A stretch of DNA of 64,000 nucleotides from Antechinus flavipes (lineage: Eukaryota). A program made the position numbers and the translations under genes. The stretch's first letter is position 1. The number at the start of each line of letters is the position of its first letter. The notes beneath the pieces were generated by a model. That model ran no database searches and was not told where the DNA came from. It saw nothing but the letters and a program-made list of their open reading frames with translations. Shown in pieces: positions 1-12,200 of the stretch. The DNA is taken from positions 511,624,001 through 511,688,000 of the forward strand of contig NC_067399.1 in assembly GCF_016432865.1 (NCBI RefSeq). The letters are read 5' to 3'.

Positions 1-2250
1 ACAAGGTTGCCCACTTACTATTCAATATTATATTAGAAATTCTAGCTTTGGCAATAAGAGAAGAAAGAAAGATTAAAAGAATTAGAGTAAGTCGTGAGAA
101 AACTAAATTATTACTCTTTGCAGATGATATGTTGGTATACTTAGAGAACCCTAAAGAATCAACTAAAAAACTATTAGAAAAAATCCACAACTTTAGCAAA
201 GTTGCAGGATCCAAAATAAATCCACATAAATCATCAGCATTTTTATACATCACTAAAAAGTCCAACAGCAAGAGATTCAAAGAGAAATTCCATTCAAAAT
301 AACTGTCAAATATAAAATATTTGGGAATCTATCAGCTGAGGGAAAGTCAGGAACTATATGAGCAAAACTTCAAAATACTTTCCACATAAATAAAGGTAAT
401 CTAAACAAATGGAAAAATATCAAGTGCTCTTGGATAGGCTAAGCGAATATAATAAAGATGACAATACTATCTAAACTAATCTATTTATTTAGTGCTAGAC
501 CAATCAAACTTATAAGAAACTATTTTATTGACCTAGAAAAATAACAAAATTCATCTGGAAGAACAAAAGGTCAAGAATTTCAAGGGAATTAATAGGAAAA
601 ATGCAAATGAAAGTGGCCTAGCTGTACCAGATCTAAAACTATATTATAAAGCAGCAATCATCGAAACCATTTGGTACTGGCTAAGAAATAGAGTAATCAA
701 TCAGTGAAATAGGTAAAGTTCACAGGACAAAAATCAATTATTATAATAATCTAGTGTTTGACAAATGCAAAGATCTCAGCTTTTGGGATAAGAATTCACT
801 ATTTGACAAAAACTGCCGGGAAAATTGGAAACTAGTCTAGCAGAAACTATCATTGACCCACACCTAACACCATATACCAAGATAAGGTAGAAATGGATTC
901 ATGATCTAGATATAAAGAATGATACCATAAACAAATTAGAAGAACATAGGATAATTTACCTCTCAGATCTGTGGGGGAGGAAGGAATCTGTGAACAAAGA
1001 AGAACTGTAGATCATTGTTGGTCACAAATTAGATAATTTTGATTATATTAAGTTAAAAAGTTTTTGTACAAACAAAATGAATGCAGTCAAGATTAGAAGG
1101 GAAGCAATAAGCTGGGAAAACATTTTTGCATCCAAAGGTTCTGATAAAGGTCTTATTTCTAAAATATATAGAGAATTGATTCAAATTTATAAAAATTCAA
1201 GCCATTCTCCAATTGATAAATGGTCAAAGGATATGAACAATTTTCAGATGAAGAAATTGAAACTATTTCTAGTCATATGAAAAGTGCTCTAAATCACTAT
1301 TGATCAGAGAAATGCAAATTAAGACAACTCTGAGATACCATTATAAATCTCTCAGATTGGCTAAGAAGACAGGAAAAGATAATGATGAATGTTGGAGTGG
1401 ATATAGGAAAACTGGGATACTAATACATTGTTGGTGGAACTATGAACAGATCCAACCATTCTGGAGAGCAATTTGGAATTATGCTCAAAAATTTATCAAA
1501 CTGTGCATGCCCTTTGATCCAGCAGTATTTCTACTGGGATTATATCCCAAAGAGATCTTAAAAGAGGGAAAGGGACCCACGTGTGCAAAAATATATATAT
1601 ATATATTTATGGAAACCCTTTTTGTAGTAGCAAGAAACTGGAAACTGAGTGGATGCCCATCAATTGGAGAATGGCTGAATAAATTAGGGTATATGAATGT
1701 TATGGAATTATTATTGTTCGGTAAAAAATGACCAGCAGCATGATTTCAGAGAAGCCTGGAGAGACTTACATGAACTGATGCTAAGTGAAATGAGCAGAAC
1801 CAGGAGATCATTATAACCAGCAACAACAAGATTATACGATGATCAGTTCTGATCTCTTCAACAATGAGATCATTCTGGCCAGTTCCAATGATCTTGTGAT
1901 AAAGAGAGTCATCTGCTTCCAGAGAGAGCACTGTGGGAACTGAGCGTGGTTCACAACATAGCATTTTCATTCTTTTTATTATTGTTTGTTTGCATTTTAT
2001 CTTGTTTCTCTTTTTTTTCTTTACTTTTGATTTGATTTTTCCTGTGCAGCATGATAACTGTATAAATATGTATGTGTATATTTCTATTTCTACTATGTTT
2101 AACATATATTAGACTACTTGCCATTAGGAGAGGGTGTGGAGGAAGGCAGGGGGAGGGGGGAAATTGGAACACAGGATTTTGCAAAGGCTAATGTTGAAGA
2201 ATTGTCCATGAATATATTTTGAAAAATAAAAAGTTTTAATAAAGAAAAAT
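1..2250 (+). mobile_element. LINE-1 3' portion: frameshifted ORF2 (RT to C-terminus), 3'UTR and A-rich tail; 5' end lies outside the window
   Basis: ORF 48-302 carries the RT motif [18 protein letters not shown] 1300-1731 carries the L1 ORF2 C-terminal HCWW..Q PFWRAIWNY and WKLSGCPSIGEWLNKL motifs. The ORF2 frame ends DDQF* at 1850-1852, followed by a G-rich 3'UTR and AATAAA/A-rich end near 2225-2250. Confidence 0.95.
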
Positions 2251-2279
2251 ATATGTATAAATTATGTTTAGAATTTCAA

Positions 2280-2670
2280 GCTTTTCATAATCTGAATCCT
2301 TCCTACCATTCCAATCATCTTACATTTTACTTTTTTCCATACATTCTACAATTCAGATACACTGCTTCCTTGCAATTCTTCACTCATGATATGCCATATG
2401 CCAACTCTTACATGTTTGCATTTACCTATCATTTCTTCCTCAAATGCTCTCCCTCCCTCCACTGTCTCTTAGCTTTCTTCAAGATTTAGTTCGAATCCTA
2501 CCTTCTACAAGGTAGGATCCCTCTCTCCACATCTTAGGACCTCCCTTCTGGGATTACTTTCTATTTTCACTGTGTATAATTTATGTCTTTCCCATTAGAA
2601 TGTGAATTTTTTTTTAAGGCCAAGGACCATGTTTTTGCCCTTTTCTGAATCCTGAGCATTTAGTATAATT
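2280..2670 (+). mobile_element. LINE-2 3' fragment (old)
   Basis: C/T-rich sequence with L2 3'-end-like motifs (cccattagaatgtgaat..., aaggaccatgtttttg..., cctgagcatttagta). Recognised by pattern only. Confidence 0.5.
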
Positions 2671-2677
2671 GTTGGTC

Positions 2678-2905
2678 ATGTTGTTATTGTTCAGCCACTT
2701 TCAGTCATGTCTCTTCATGATCTCATCTGAGGTTTTCTTAGCAAAGATATTGAAGTGACATGTTATTTTCTTATTCAAATCACTGTACAGATGAGAAAAC
2801 TGTAGACAAGAAAACTGTGCCATACCAAGGTCACATAATAAGTGTGTGAAGTCAGATTTGAACTCAAGAAAATGAGTCCACTACGCCAATCAGCTGCCCT
2901 TAGCA
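2678..2905 (-). mobile_element. CORE-SINE (MAR1/MIR-like)
   Basis: gttttcttagcaaagatattgaagtg (MAR1-type tail) plus CORE motifs cagatgagaaaactg and caaggtcacata...agatttgaactca. Confidence 0.65.
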
Positions 2906-3837
2906 TAATATTTAACACAGTTAAATGATACCTGAATAATTCTTAAGATTGTTATCCCCAAGCAACGCTGCTCCTCTGCTTGGCCTCTGCAGCAACTCTG
3001 TGCAGTGGCTACTAGTGTCTGCTAACAAAGTCATCATCTGCTAGGTCTTTGCCAAAATATCATGGTCATCTGCTGGACTTAATATTGGCCACTAGAACTT
3101 CTTCCTGAAAGGGACTGTTATCACTCAGCAAACAGGGTAGAATCATGAGGATGACAATAATCAACACATTTTAGGTTTTTAAAAATTACACATACAGCCA
3201 TACTCAACAGTATACAAAAGGAATCTTCAAGTGACAATTAGGACATTTATTTCTACCTCCCTATTCAATGATGACCAGGATCCCTTATTAGAAAGATAAA
3301 AGTCATAAATAGGATATGATGATTGGGACTCCCAAGATTAATAACATTAAGTTTCTACTAAGTGCCAAATACAATGCTAAGCATTGAAAGATCAAGAAAG
3401 GCAAAAGATAGACTCTCTCTTCAAGGAGCTCACAATCTAAGGTATAAACCTGATGGTAGAGTACATGTTTCAACAAAGTTCAACCCTAAGTGGTCATACC
3501 TAGGATCTAGGAAGCCACAGCATTGGGAAAGGAGACCAACCTAGAAGGTTCAAGACATGGATATGGTGGTTTTAGTCCTAAAGTTACATAATACTGGAGA
3601 TGATTCTGTGAATCTCTTCTTATATATTATATACATAACCCACCTTACAGAAAATAAAGGGAGAAATGAAATTCAGAGTCTCTATATAAGTCTTTCCCTG
3701 TGCTTATAGAAATGGGTGGAATACAAAGGAAAGTTCCACATGAAGAATATGAAAAGCAATCAAAGGAAAGGAAATTATTTCTAAGCCTTTAACATACCCA
3801 CCTAATATCAAGTTTCTCACAATTAGCCACCTGCAGA

Positions 3838-3955
3838 ATTGATCAATCAAGTATTTATTAAGCTCTTACTAAGTACAAGGCACTCTACAAGTCATTGAAG
3901 ATACAAAAACAAAAATGAAAGAATCCCTGCAGCAAGGAATTTACATTCTATCAGA
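3838..3955 (-). mobile_element. LINE-2 3' tail
   Basis: aatcaatcaagtatttattaagctcttactaagtacaaggcact... is the reverse complement of the L2 3' terminus. Confidence 0.5.
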
Positions 3956-4102
3956 ATTAACGGGAAATATAAAACATGCAGCTATATGCATAGGGACTGG
4001 GGAATAGTAATGGGTGATAGACCTCTCAGAAAGAAGTAAAACTAGGGATAATTTTTTTCATGAAAGAGATCTTTAGATGGGAGTTTGGAAAGATGGATGT
4101 GT

Positions 4103-4530
4103 TTAGACATCCATATAAGAAATCCATTCTGACAAGATATACTAATCTTTTGGTACTGAATCTTCACCCAGTATTGACAGTTAGGGGGTAGGCTACTAAG
4201 CAGGACAAAAAAATCTGATATAGTGAATAGCTAGGATTTAACTGACAGAAATGAATGCAGAAATGTTTGCAGAGTTTAAGGATTTGATTACACATGTTTT
4301 CAATAGTGGAGTTTTTCTCATGGATGAAGGTGTTGACTAGTTCACATTGATTATCCCAAGTCATCCTTCTCTGTTTCTTCATCTAGTACAGTAACAATAT
4401 TCTTCTCCTTTGGGAGACCTAGGTTAGTCCACATATCACCTCCAGAAATCAATGGTATAGAAAAAGTTAGCTAGGTATAGGAGAAGGAGTTAAAAAAAAA
4501 AAAAAGTGTCCACATCACAGCATGAAACAT
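4103..4530 (-). pseudogene. RNase A-superfamily pseudogene (single coding exon, multiple stops and frameshifts)
   Basis: Acceptor cccaag|gaaagATG (ATG at 4530) followed by a hydrophobic signal-like stretch broken at a T14 run. Then FWR*YVD*PRSPKGEEYC, MKKQRRMTWDNQCELVNTFIHE..IENMCNQILKLCKH, a frameshift to FTISD..SSLPPNCQY..QKISISCQNG, and (H)MDV* ending at 4103. These match the RNase A HVD, CKxxNTF, PNCxY and IxIAC..PVH motifs. Confidence 0.88.
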
Positions 4531-4707
4531 CTTTCCTTGGGAAAGGAGAAGGAATAATAGCGAGAAAGAGCAGAAAGTGACAATCTGTAACTCCTTCTGA
4601 GACACCAATTTTTCATTCTATTATAACTCAAACCTTCAGTATATCTCCATCCCCACTGTGTCCCCCATCCCATTCTCTATCCATTTCTATAACTTCTCTT
4701 CATAGCT

Positions 4708-4741
4708 ACACACACAGACACACACACACACACACACACAC
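4708..4741. repeat. (CA)n microsatellite
   Basis: Read directly; one interruption (g). Confidence 0.95.
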
Positions 4742-5666
4742 TCACTCATAGAAAGAGAGAGAGTGATATACACACTCCTTTTATCAAATGTATTAGCTTT
4801 AAGCTTGATGTGAAAGTTTGGGGTTGGGAACAGAGCAAAATTGTTCAAGGAAATAAACAACTTTCTCCTGAACACAACCATAGGGACTTTTGCTCTACAC
4901 CACAGGGCCATCTTATAACCAAAACTGGGACAAAGGGTAGGCAATTTAAGCTGTTGCTTGGGTTGCATCTCTCGGGAGAGCACAAATAGGGACACTGTTT
5001 AATCCTACATTTTATTCATGCACATTTTAATATTCAGAAATGCTATTCTGTATGATACATAGGTATTAATTTTGTGATAAATCATGTGTGACTGTGAAGA
5101 TTCAATATTGGGCAATAGCATATAGGAGAAGATAGGGAGAGGGGCAACTATTAATCCTCATCTGGGGGTCTATAAAATGTCTTGTCCCAGCTTTGCTTAG
5201 ATTATTTAACTCTAGAGAGATATCGCTCTCTACTTCTAATTAGAGGCAAAGCCACCAATCTTCAGGACTAGAAATCCTCAGGTAGTAAGTAGTTGATGGT
5301 GATCTCTTTCAGCTCCCTATCAAAAAAAAAAAAAAAAATCAAAGTCTTTTCACTGCCTCATCGTGCTAATCTTTAACCTCTTATTTATACTACTAACATA
5401 CATCTCTCTGCTCACCCTAGTGGCCCAATTCTTCATCACTAACTTTCTACTTACTTTCAGGTGAATAATAAATACCCAGAGCCACGTCTGGAATATCACA
5501 CCTCAGGTATTACCTGTGCTCTGCCTCTTGTAGATTTAGAATTTAGAGCAAGAAAGATGCCAGGGTCTCTCTCATGTGGGTATATTCATGTTATACAGCC
5601 CTGAAGGATAGGTGGAACTAGACAGAAGTGGAGCCATGGTTTCATCTTAAGAGTGATATAACTTCA

Positions 5667-5835
5667 GGGAGCAGCTAGTGGCACAGTGGATAGAGCACCA
5701 GCCCTGAAAGCAGGAAGACCTGAGTTCAAATTTGCTCTCAGACACGTAATACTTCCTAGCTGTGTAACTCTGGGCAAGTCACTTAACCCCAGTTGCCTCA
5801 GTTAAAAAAAAAGAATTAATAAAAAAAATTTTTTT
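5667..5835 (+). mobile_element. tRNA-derived marsupial SINE (WSINE1/SINE1-like)
   Basis: gggagcagctag 5' end, A box tggcacagtgg, B box gagttcaaat, core ggcaagtcacttaacc, A-rich tail. The 18-bp TSD is 5649-5666, with its partner at 6306-6323. Confidence 0.9.
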
Positions 5836-5847
5836 AAAGAGTGCTAT

Positions 5848-6304
5848 TTGCTAAGTGAAATGAGCAGAATCAGGAGATCATTATATATCTCAACAACGAT
5901 ACTGTTTGAGGATGTATTCTGATGGAAGTGGATCTCTTCGATAAAGAGAGCTAATTCAGTTTCAATTGATCAAGGATGGACAGAAGCAGCTACACCCAAA
6001 GAAAGAACACTGGGAAATGAATATAAACTGCTTGCATTTTTGTTTTTCTTCCTGGGTACCTTCTGAATCCAATTCTCCCTGTACAACAAGAGAACTGTTC
6101 AGTTCTGCACACATATATTGTACCTAGGATATACTGTAATCTATTTAACATGTAAAGGACTACTTGCCATCTGGGAGAGGGGATGGAGGAAGGGAGGGGG
6201 AAAAATGGAACAGAAGTGAGTGCAAGGAATAATGCTGTAAAAAAAATTACCCTGGCATGGGTTCTGTCAATAAAAAGTTATTAAAAATTAAATAAAACAA
6301 AATA
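5848..6304 (+). mobile_element. 5'-truncated LINE-1 (ORF2 end plus 3'UTR)
   Basis: Begins tgctaagtgaaatgagcagaa (similar to 1779-1800) and ends AATAAA/A-tail. Perfect 12-bp TSD aaagagtgctat at 5836-5847 and 6305-6316. Confidence 0.92.
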
Positions 6305-6789
6305 AAAGAGTGCTATAACTTCAGATATAAGTTCATCACTCTCTAAGGCTACAACATGCTATGATTTTCAGACTTGAAGCCTAAATCCAAACCCATCTGT
6401 CCTATCCAATAGAGAAAAACAGAAAACAGAAAGAGATACAGAGAATGTCTTGCCTTTAAAAAAAAAAGAAAAGAAAAGAAAAAGAAAAAGAAAGTCTGAA
6501 AAAATGTTCCAGCCAACAATTTGATGAAAGGAGACCTACCCTAAGTCAATAATCCAACCCTTCATCCTTCAACTCTCTTTGAGGCTTCCTGATCTCAGAG
6601 TCCTCTGAATAATGCCCTGAACCTAAGGTTCACCAAGAACTAATAATGCAAAGGAAATGAGGGAAATAGGAGCCGTGTAAGAATAATCAGAGGAACTAGG
6701 TTTCTTGTATCTTTAAAGGTAGGAAAAGAGAGAAAAGCAGATTGAAAAACCCAAGAGAAGGGAAAGGACTGCTAATGCTGCCATGTAGT

Positions 6790-7505
6790 TTATTTTGATC
6801 TCTTTTCAAACTTTCACACTATTAATCATCTTCTTTTTCTTGAAAATCTCTATTTTCTAGATTTTCATGGTTCTATTCTTTCATGGTTTTATCCCTACCT
6901 ATCTGACTATTCATTCTCAGTCTCTTTTGCTGCATCTTTATTCAAGTCATCCCTCTGAACCCTGCATATGCCCCAAAGCTCTGTCCTTTTGTTATTTTAC
7001 TTGATGATCTCTTCAGTTCCCATGGATTCAGTTCCAAGATTATGAAAATAATCCTCAAATTTTTCTAGTCCTAACCTTATTTCTGTCATCCAGGGTTGTT
7101 TTTTTTTCCCTCCAACTGTCACTTGAACATCATGACAAGTCCAGTCAATTCTATCTTCCATAAGCATCCCTCATATATGTCCCTTCTCTCCTCTAAAACT
7201 GCTACTATCCTAGTTGTAGGTCCTAATCATTTCATGTCTGGACAATTGTAATAATCTGCTGATTGATCTTCTTGCCTCAATTGTCCTTTTATTCCAGTGC
7301 AAATTGTTGTTCCTAAGTTAAAGGTCTAACCATATTGCCCCCCAATTCAATAGGCTTGAGTAATTCTCTAATATTCCCAAGATCAAATATAAAATTCTCT
7401 AGCCTTCAAAGCACTTCATAATTTATTCCCTGTATAGTCTTCTTATACTTCACTTATCTCCTAGTATTCTGCAAGCCAAGGACTCTATCCTCCTAGCTTT
7501 TCTTC
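6790..7505 (+). mobile_element. LINE-2 fragment
   Basis: Degenerate L2 ORF2/3' motifs (tctgactattcattctcagtctc, tcccatggattcagtt, caagtccagtcaattctatctt). Confidence 0.65.
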
Positions 7506-8120
7506 ATACAAGACAGCTTGCCTTTTCAATCTCCACTTTCACTCTCCAGTCTCTTTCCGGATCTGCAAAAAAATCATAGATGAGGACCTATCATCCTCAT
7601 ACAAGGAAACAAAAGCACAGAAATTTTTTCCCCTGAGTAGTGCAAGACATTAGAGGATAAGCCCAAGTACAGATTGTAACATCCTTCCCTGAAGATATCT
7701 CAAGACAAAATGATCTCTCTAGAGTAGAGGGAGGCCCACCTTGCTCAGAGGAACAGGGATGAATGAGATAAATTTTTTTAGGGAGTCAAGAACCCTCTAT
7801 CCGATAGGATGGTCTCATTTTCCACTTTTCATAAGGATTCAGTTCTCTTCAAATGACAGAGTTCTGGAGCAACTAGAAGTTTTTCTGATGCAGCCAAGTC
7901 TGCCAATAAGCTGAGGAAAGAAAGAGGCATCCCCCTCCGGAATTACAGTGCATATCCTCAAGTTCAAAGGAATCTTAGAATTCATCCTACTCCAATATCT
8001 CCCAAAATATTAATTTTTCTCTAAAATATCCCTGACAAGTCTAATACCCAGGCTCCACTTTAATACCTCCAGTGAGAGGAAATTCATTATGTCTTGAGAC
8101 AGCTCATTCCATTTTCAAAT

Positions 8121-8372
8121 TAGTAGTGCAATGGACAGGGCACTAGGTCTGGAGTCAAGAAGACTCGAGTTCAAATTTAGCCTCAGACACTTACTAGCTA
8201 TGTAACACTGGACAAGTCACTTAATTTCCTTTAGCCTCAGTTTCCTCATCTGTAAAATAGGAATAATTAGCACATAGCAATAACAGAGTTGTTGTGAATA
8301 TCAAATGAAGTAATATTTGCAAAGTGCTTAACACAATATCTAGTATATAGTAGGTGCTTAATAAATGTTGCT
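8121..8372 (+). mobile_element. MIR (near full length)
   Basis: Head ctggagtcaagaagac..gagttcaaat, core gcctcagtttcctcatctgtaaaat, tail gtaggtgcttaataaatgtt. Confidence 0.9.
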
Positions 8373-9199
8373 TTTTATTATTGTATACTCCTTCCCAATA
8401 ACTTCCACCCACTAGTCCTAGCTCTTCTCTCAATAGACAGATTATCTCATCTTTCTTTCCCATAGTGCACTGGCTCTTTGACCCACAATACACTTTTCAG
8501 CTTAATCTGCCTTATAACATTTTTCCCATTACTTTCTTAAGTCTAGACAGCCGATAAAACAATGAATCAAGCCTTGATCTTTAGCATTTGCCAGGCTTGC
8601 ACATGTACTAAAGCCCCAGAAAGACCCCACACATTGCAAGGCCTCTCCTACCCACCTATAGCATGAGAAATATCATGTTATTGTTCAAAAGGAGCCAGAA
8701 GGAACATCTCTATCCCCTTTTCTATCCCCAAGAGATACTTTCATTCCTGACAGGAAAAGAAGCAAGAAGTTAGGGGTAGAAGCTAATCTGCTCTCTTCAG
8801 AGAGAAATTATCAAGCAAAAATGTTATCTATCTGATCCCTTTAGTATTGCCAATCTGGGGGGATATGATTGGATTACTGTGTCATTAATGGAAGAGGAGG
8901 AATAGAATTCCCAAATTCTACATCTAAGACTTAATTCCCTTTCTCATCAAGTACCATTTCCACAATAAACACATATAACAAAGAGCAATTATCAAAGAAA
9001 AGCCATTTATCCAAATTGGTAGTAAAAACAGAATCACAGAGATCCCATCTTTCTCCTGATATGAGAATCAATATTACATAATCAAAAGAGCACTAAACAT
9101 GTAATGAAACAACCAATCAACTAATCAGTTAAAAAATATTAAGTGCCTATTATGTACAAAGCATATCTCAGTGCTGAGGAGACATAGAAAATCATGACA

Positions 9200-9272
9200 T
9201 TACTGTGTGTTTATTATGGAATACTACTGTTCTATAGGAAATGATGAGCAGGATGCTCTCAGGGGAAAAAGC

Positions 9273-9304
<32 letters not shown>

Positions 9305-9830
9305 GCCTGAAAAGTCCTCCATAAACTCAAGCAAAGTGAAATGTACTGTATACAAAGTAATAACAATGTTCTGGGATGACAAGCTGATATTTTGTTATTC
9401 CCAGGAATACAATCATCCATGACTACTCTGAAAGATTTATGATGAAAAATCCTATCCATACATAGAGAAGGAACTGATTATAGCCAAATATAGATTTAAG
9501 CATTCTCTCTTACTCTTATCTCCTTTTTTTTTGTAACAATTTTTCTTGAGGGTTTTTATTTTCATTAGGGTGGGAGATCTATGTCTGTTTTTTCACAACT
9601 TTTTGTTATTTATTTATGGAAATGTTTTACATAACTTCACAAATGATTTCTTAATTGTGGATGGGAATAAGAGAAAGAACCTAGAACTCAAAAATTTTTA
9701 AAACAAATGTAAAAAAACTGTTTTGAATGTAACTGGGGAAAATATTAAATAAATTTTAAAAATATTTTTTGGAGAAAGATGTAGTAGGGAAAGAAAACAA
9801 ATGCTTCTTAATTGAAAAAATAATAAAATA
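9200..9830 (+). mobile_element. Old LINE-1 3' end
   Basis: tatggaatactactgttctataggaaatgatgagcaggatg matches the L1 ORF2 end; typical 3'UTR and A-rich tail follow. Confidence 0.75.
9272..9304. repeat. (CAA)11 microsatellite inside L1
   Basis: Eleven perfect CAA units counted directly. Confidence 0.95.
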
Positions 9831-10143
9831 AAATAATAGTTATTGGTACTTTTTTAAAAAAAAAAAAAGGTTAGGGCAGAATAGAATCAGAATCAGAGAC
9901 TTCCTTCTAAGACTTGCAGAATCTCCAAAGTTCTTCTAATTAAGACCTTACTTTTAAGCAGAGCTTAAAATGTCCTCTTCAAGAATTTCCTTACAAACTT
10001 GTTCCAATTTTTTGACTATTGAAAAATTGTTTATGTTTAATTACAATATTCAGTATTTTTTCTCATATTTTCAGTAAAGAATAGCTGCTATGAACATTAA
10101 ACACATTTGGTCAATCACTATTCAATGTAAAATAGCCTTTGAT

Positions 10144-10277
10144 NNNNNNNNNNNNNNNNNNNNNNNNNNNNNNNNNNNNNNNNNNNNNNNNNNNNNNNNN
10201 NNNNNNNNNNNNNNNNNNNNNNNNNNNNNNNNNNNNNNNNNNNNNNNNNNNNNNNNNNNNNNNNNNNNNNNNNNNNT
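10144..10277. other. Assembly gap (134 N)
   Basis: Run of N. Confidence 1.
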
Positions 10278-10699
10278 TCCCTCTTCTCTAAATATGGATC
10301 CTCAGAATATATCATATTGTCAAATATGGGTGCATAAATATGGAATTACTAGAACATGAATTAGTTCTATAGGTAAGATGTCATGAGGGTTTGACTGCCC
10401 CTTCCAGGGGAAATCAATCTCTGTGTGGATTTTTTTTCCATGCATCCCCTAAGACTTGGAGACATTTTTTTTATCATAATCATCAACAAATATTTATTGA
10501 GCATTTACTATGTACTATGTACTATGTACAGGGCTTAATGTTAAAGATACCCTGAATATGTCTTTGATCCATGACCAAAAAAGGAGGATATTTTTCTTAG
10601 AGCAATGAAGTAGATAATGTTTCAAGCTAGGAGCCAAGGGCACATGGATTTAGATCTAAAATAGAGATAATGCATCATTGTAGACAAGGTCTCTTCTCA

Positions 10700-10935
10700 C
10701 TTTGTCGCTCAGTTGTTTCAGTTGTGTTCAATTCTTCATGGCCCCATTTAAGTTTTTCTTGGCAAAGATACTAGAGTAGTTTACCATTTCCTTCTCCAGT
10801 TCATTTTATAGATGAGGAAACTGAAGCAAACTTGCCCAGGATCACACTGTTACTAAGAATCTAAGGCTAGATTTGAACTCAGGTCTTTTTAACTCTAGGC
10901 CCAGTATTCTATTCATTGTGCCATCTAACTACCCA
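10700..10935 (-). mobile_element. CORE-SINE (MAR1-like)
   Basis: ttttcttggcaaagatactagagtagtttaccatttccttctccag, cagatgaggaaactga-like core and gatttgaactcaggtc. Confidence 0.8.
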
Positions 10936-10959
10936 TTTTTTGTTTCTACCCTTACTTTC

Positions 10960-12200
10960 ACCCCTTTTTTGTTTCAATTGCCCCAGTTATGATGTTTGTG
11001 GGAAAAGGTGCCTATCCCTCTTCTCAGTTCCAGACTAGGTGAGCTAAGGGGATAGCCTTTTCTCAATCTTCATCCTTCTTGAGCTCTCTGCAGCCTTTGA
11101 CACTGTCCATCCCTTTTTCTCCTTAATACTCTCAGCTCTCTTATCTTTCTTGACACTGCTCATTTGGTTATTTCATAGTTCTACTACTTATTTGACCACT
11201 CTTCATTCCATGTCAGACATACTAATAGGGATATCTCCTAAGGTTCTATCCTGGGCTCTCTTCTGTTCTCCCTCTATACACTTTCATTTGGTAATTTCAT
11301 TAGCTCCCAAGGATTCAATTATCATCTCTCTATGGATGATTTCCAGATCTACTTATCCAACCCTAATCTCTAAACCTGACCTTCTCTCTTACATCTCTAA
11401 GAACAAAACCATCCTTACACTCATTCATGCTCACATCCTAGGAGTCATCCTTGACTTCTCATTCTCTCTTATACCGTTCCCCATATGTTTGTCAGATCTG
11501 TTCTGTCTATCAAATATTGTCAATTCTACTTTCATTAATACCTCTCGTATATGCCCCCTTATGTCCTCCAACATTGCCACCATATTGGTGCAGGCATTTA
11601 ACATCTGTCCCTCAGTCTATTGACACAGCCTAATGGATAATCTCCCTGATTTAAGTCTCTCCTCACTCCAGTCTATTTCCCACTTAGCTGTCAAATTAAT
11701 CTTCCTAAAACATAGGTATGTAATACTCTCTCACTCTCGATAAACTGATTCCCTATTGCCCCCAAGAACAAATATAGAATCATTTGTTTGATTTTCAAAA
11801 TACTTCATAACTTGATCCCTTCCTATCTTTCCAATCTCTATTCCTTACTCCCTTCTGGAAACTCCTCAATCCAATGAGACTGGCTTCCATGGTTCTCCTT
11901 TCATAACACTGTCTTCTGACTCCAGGAGCTTTTTTCTCCTCTGTCTACCTTCTGTACTCTGGCTACCTTCAGTCCCAGCTAAAATCCTACCTTCTATAAG
12001 AAGGCTTTTCCAATCCCTCTTAATACCCTAGTGCCTTACTTTGTTGATCTTCATCTCCAATTTATCTCATATATATCTTCTTGTTTGCATGTTGTCTCCC
12101 CCGACAACTGTCTGTGAACTCTTTGAGAGTAGGAACTGTTTTTTTGCTTTTTTATTCCTAGTCTTTAGCACATACTAGGCACTTAATAAATACTTGTTCA
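10960..12200 (+). mobile_element. LINE-2 (long 3' fragment)
   Basis: L2 RT/3' motifs (ctctctgcagcctttgacactgtc, ctgggctctcttctgttctc, atggatgatttccagatc) and terminal catactaggcacttaataaatacttgtt. Confidence 0.8.

Noticed and set aside
5667-5730. tRNA-like A and B boxes (also at 21062 and 25140)
   Set aside because: Heads of tRNA-derived SINEs; no cloverleaf, so not tRNA genes.
7540-7910. Minus-strand acceptor followed by a degenerate frame (DIFREGCYNLYLGLSSNVL..), faintly like a mitochondrial carrier or an RNase
   Set aside because: Multiple stops and no motif I can assign; only a tBLASTn search could rescue it.
10144-10277. Both N-gaps are exactly 134 bases
   Set aside because: A scaffolding placeholder rather than biology; true gap sizes and contents are unknown.
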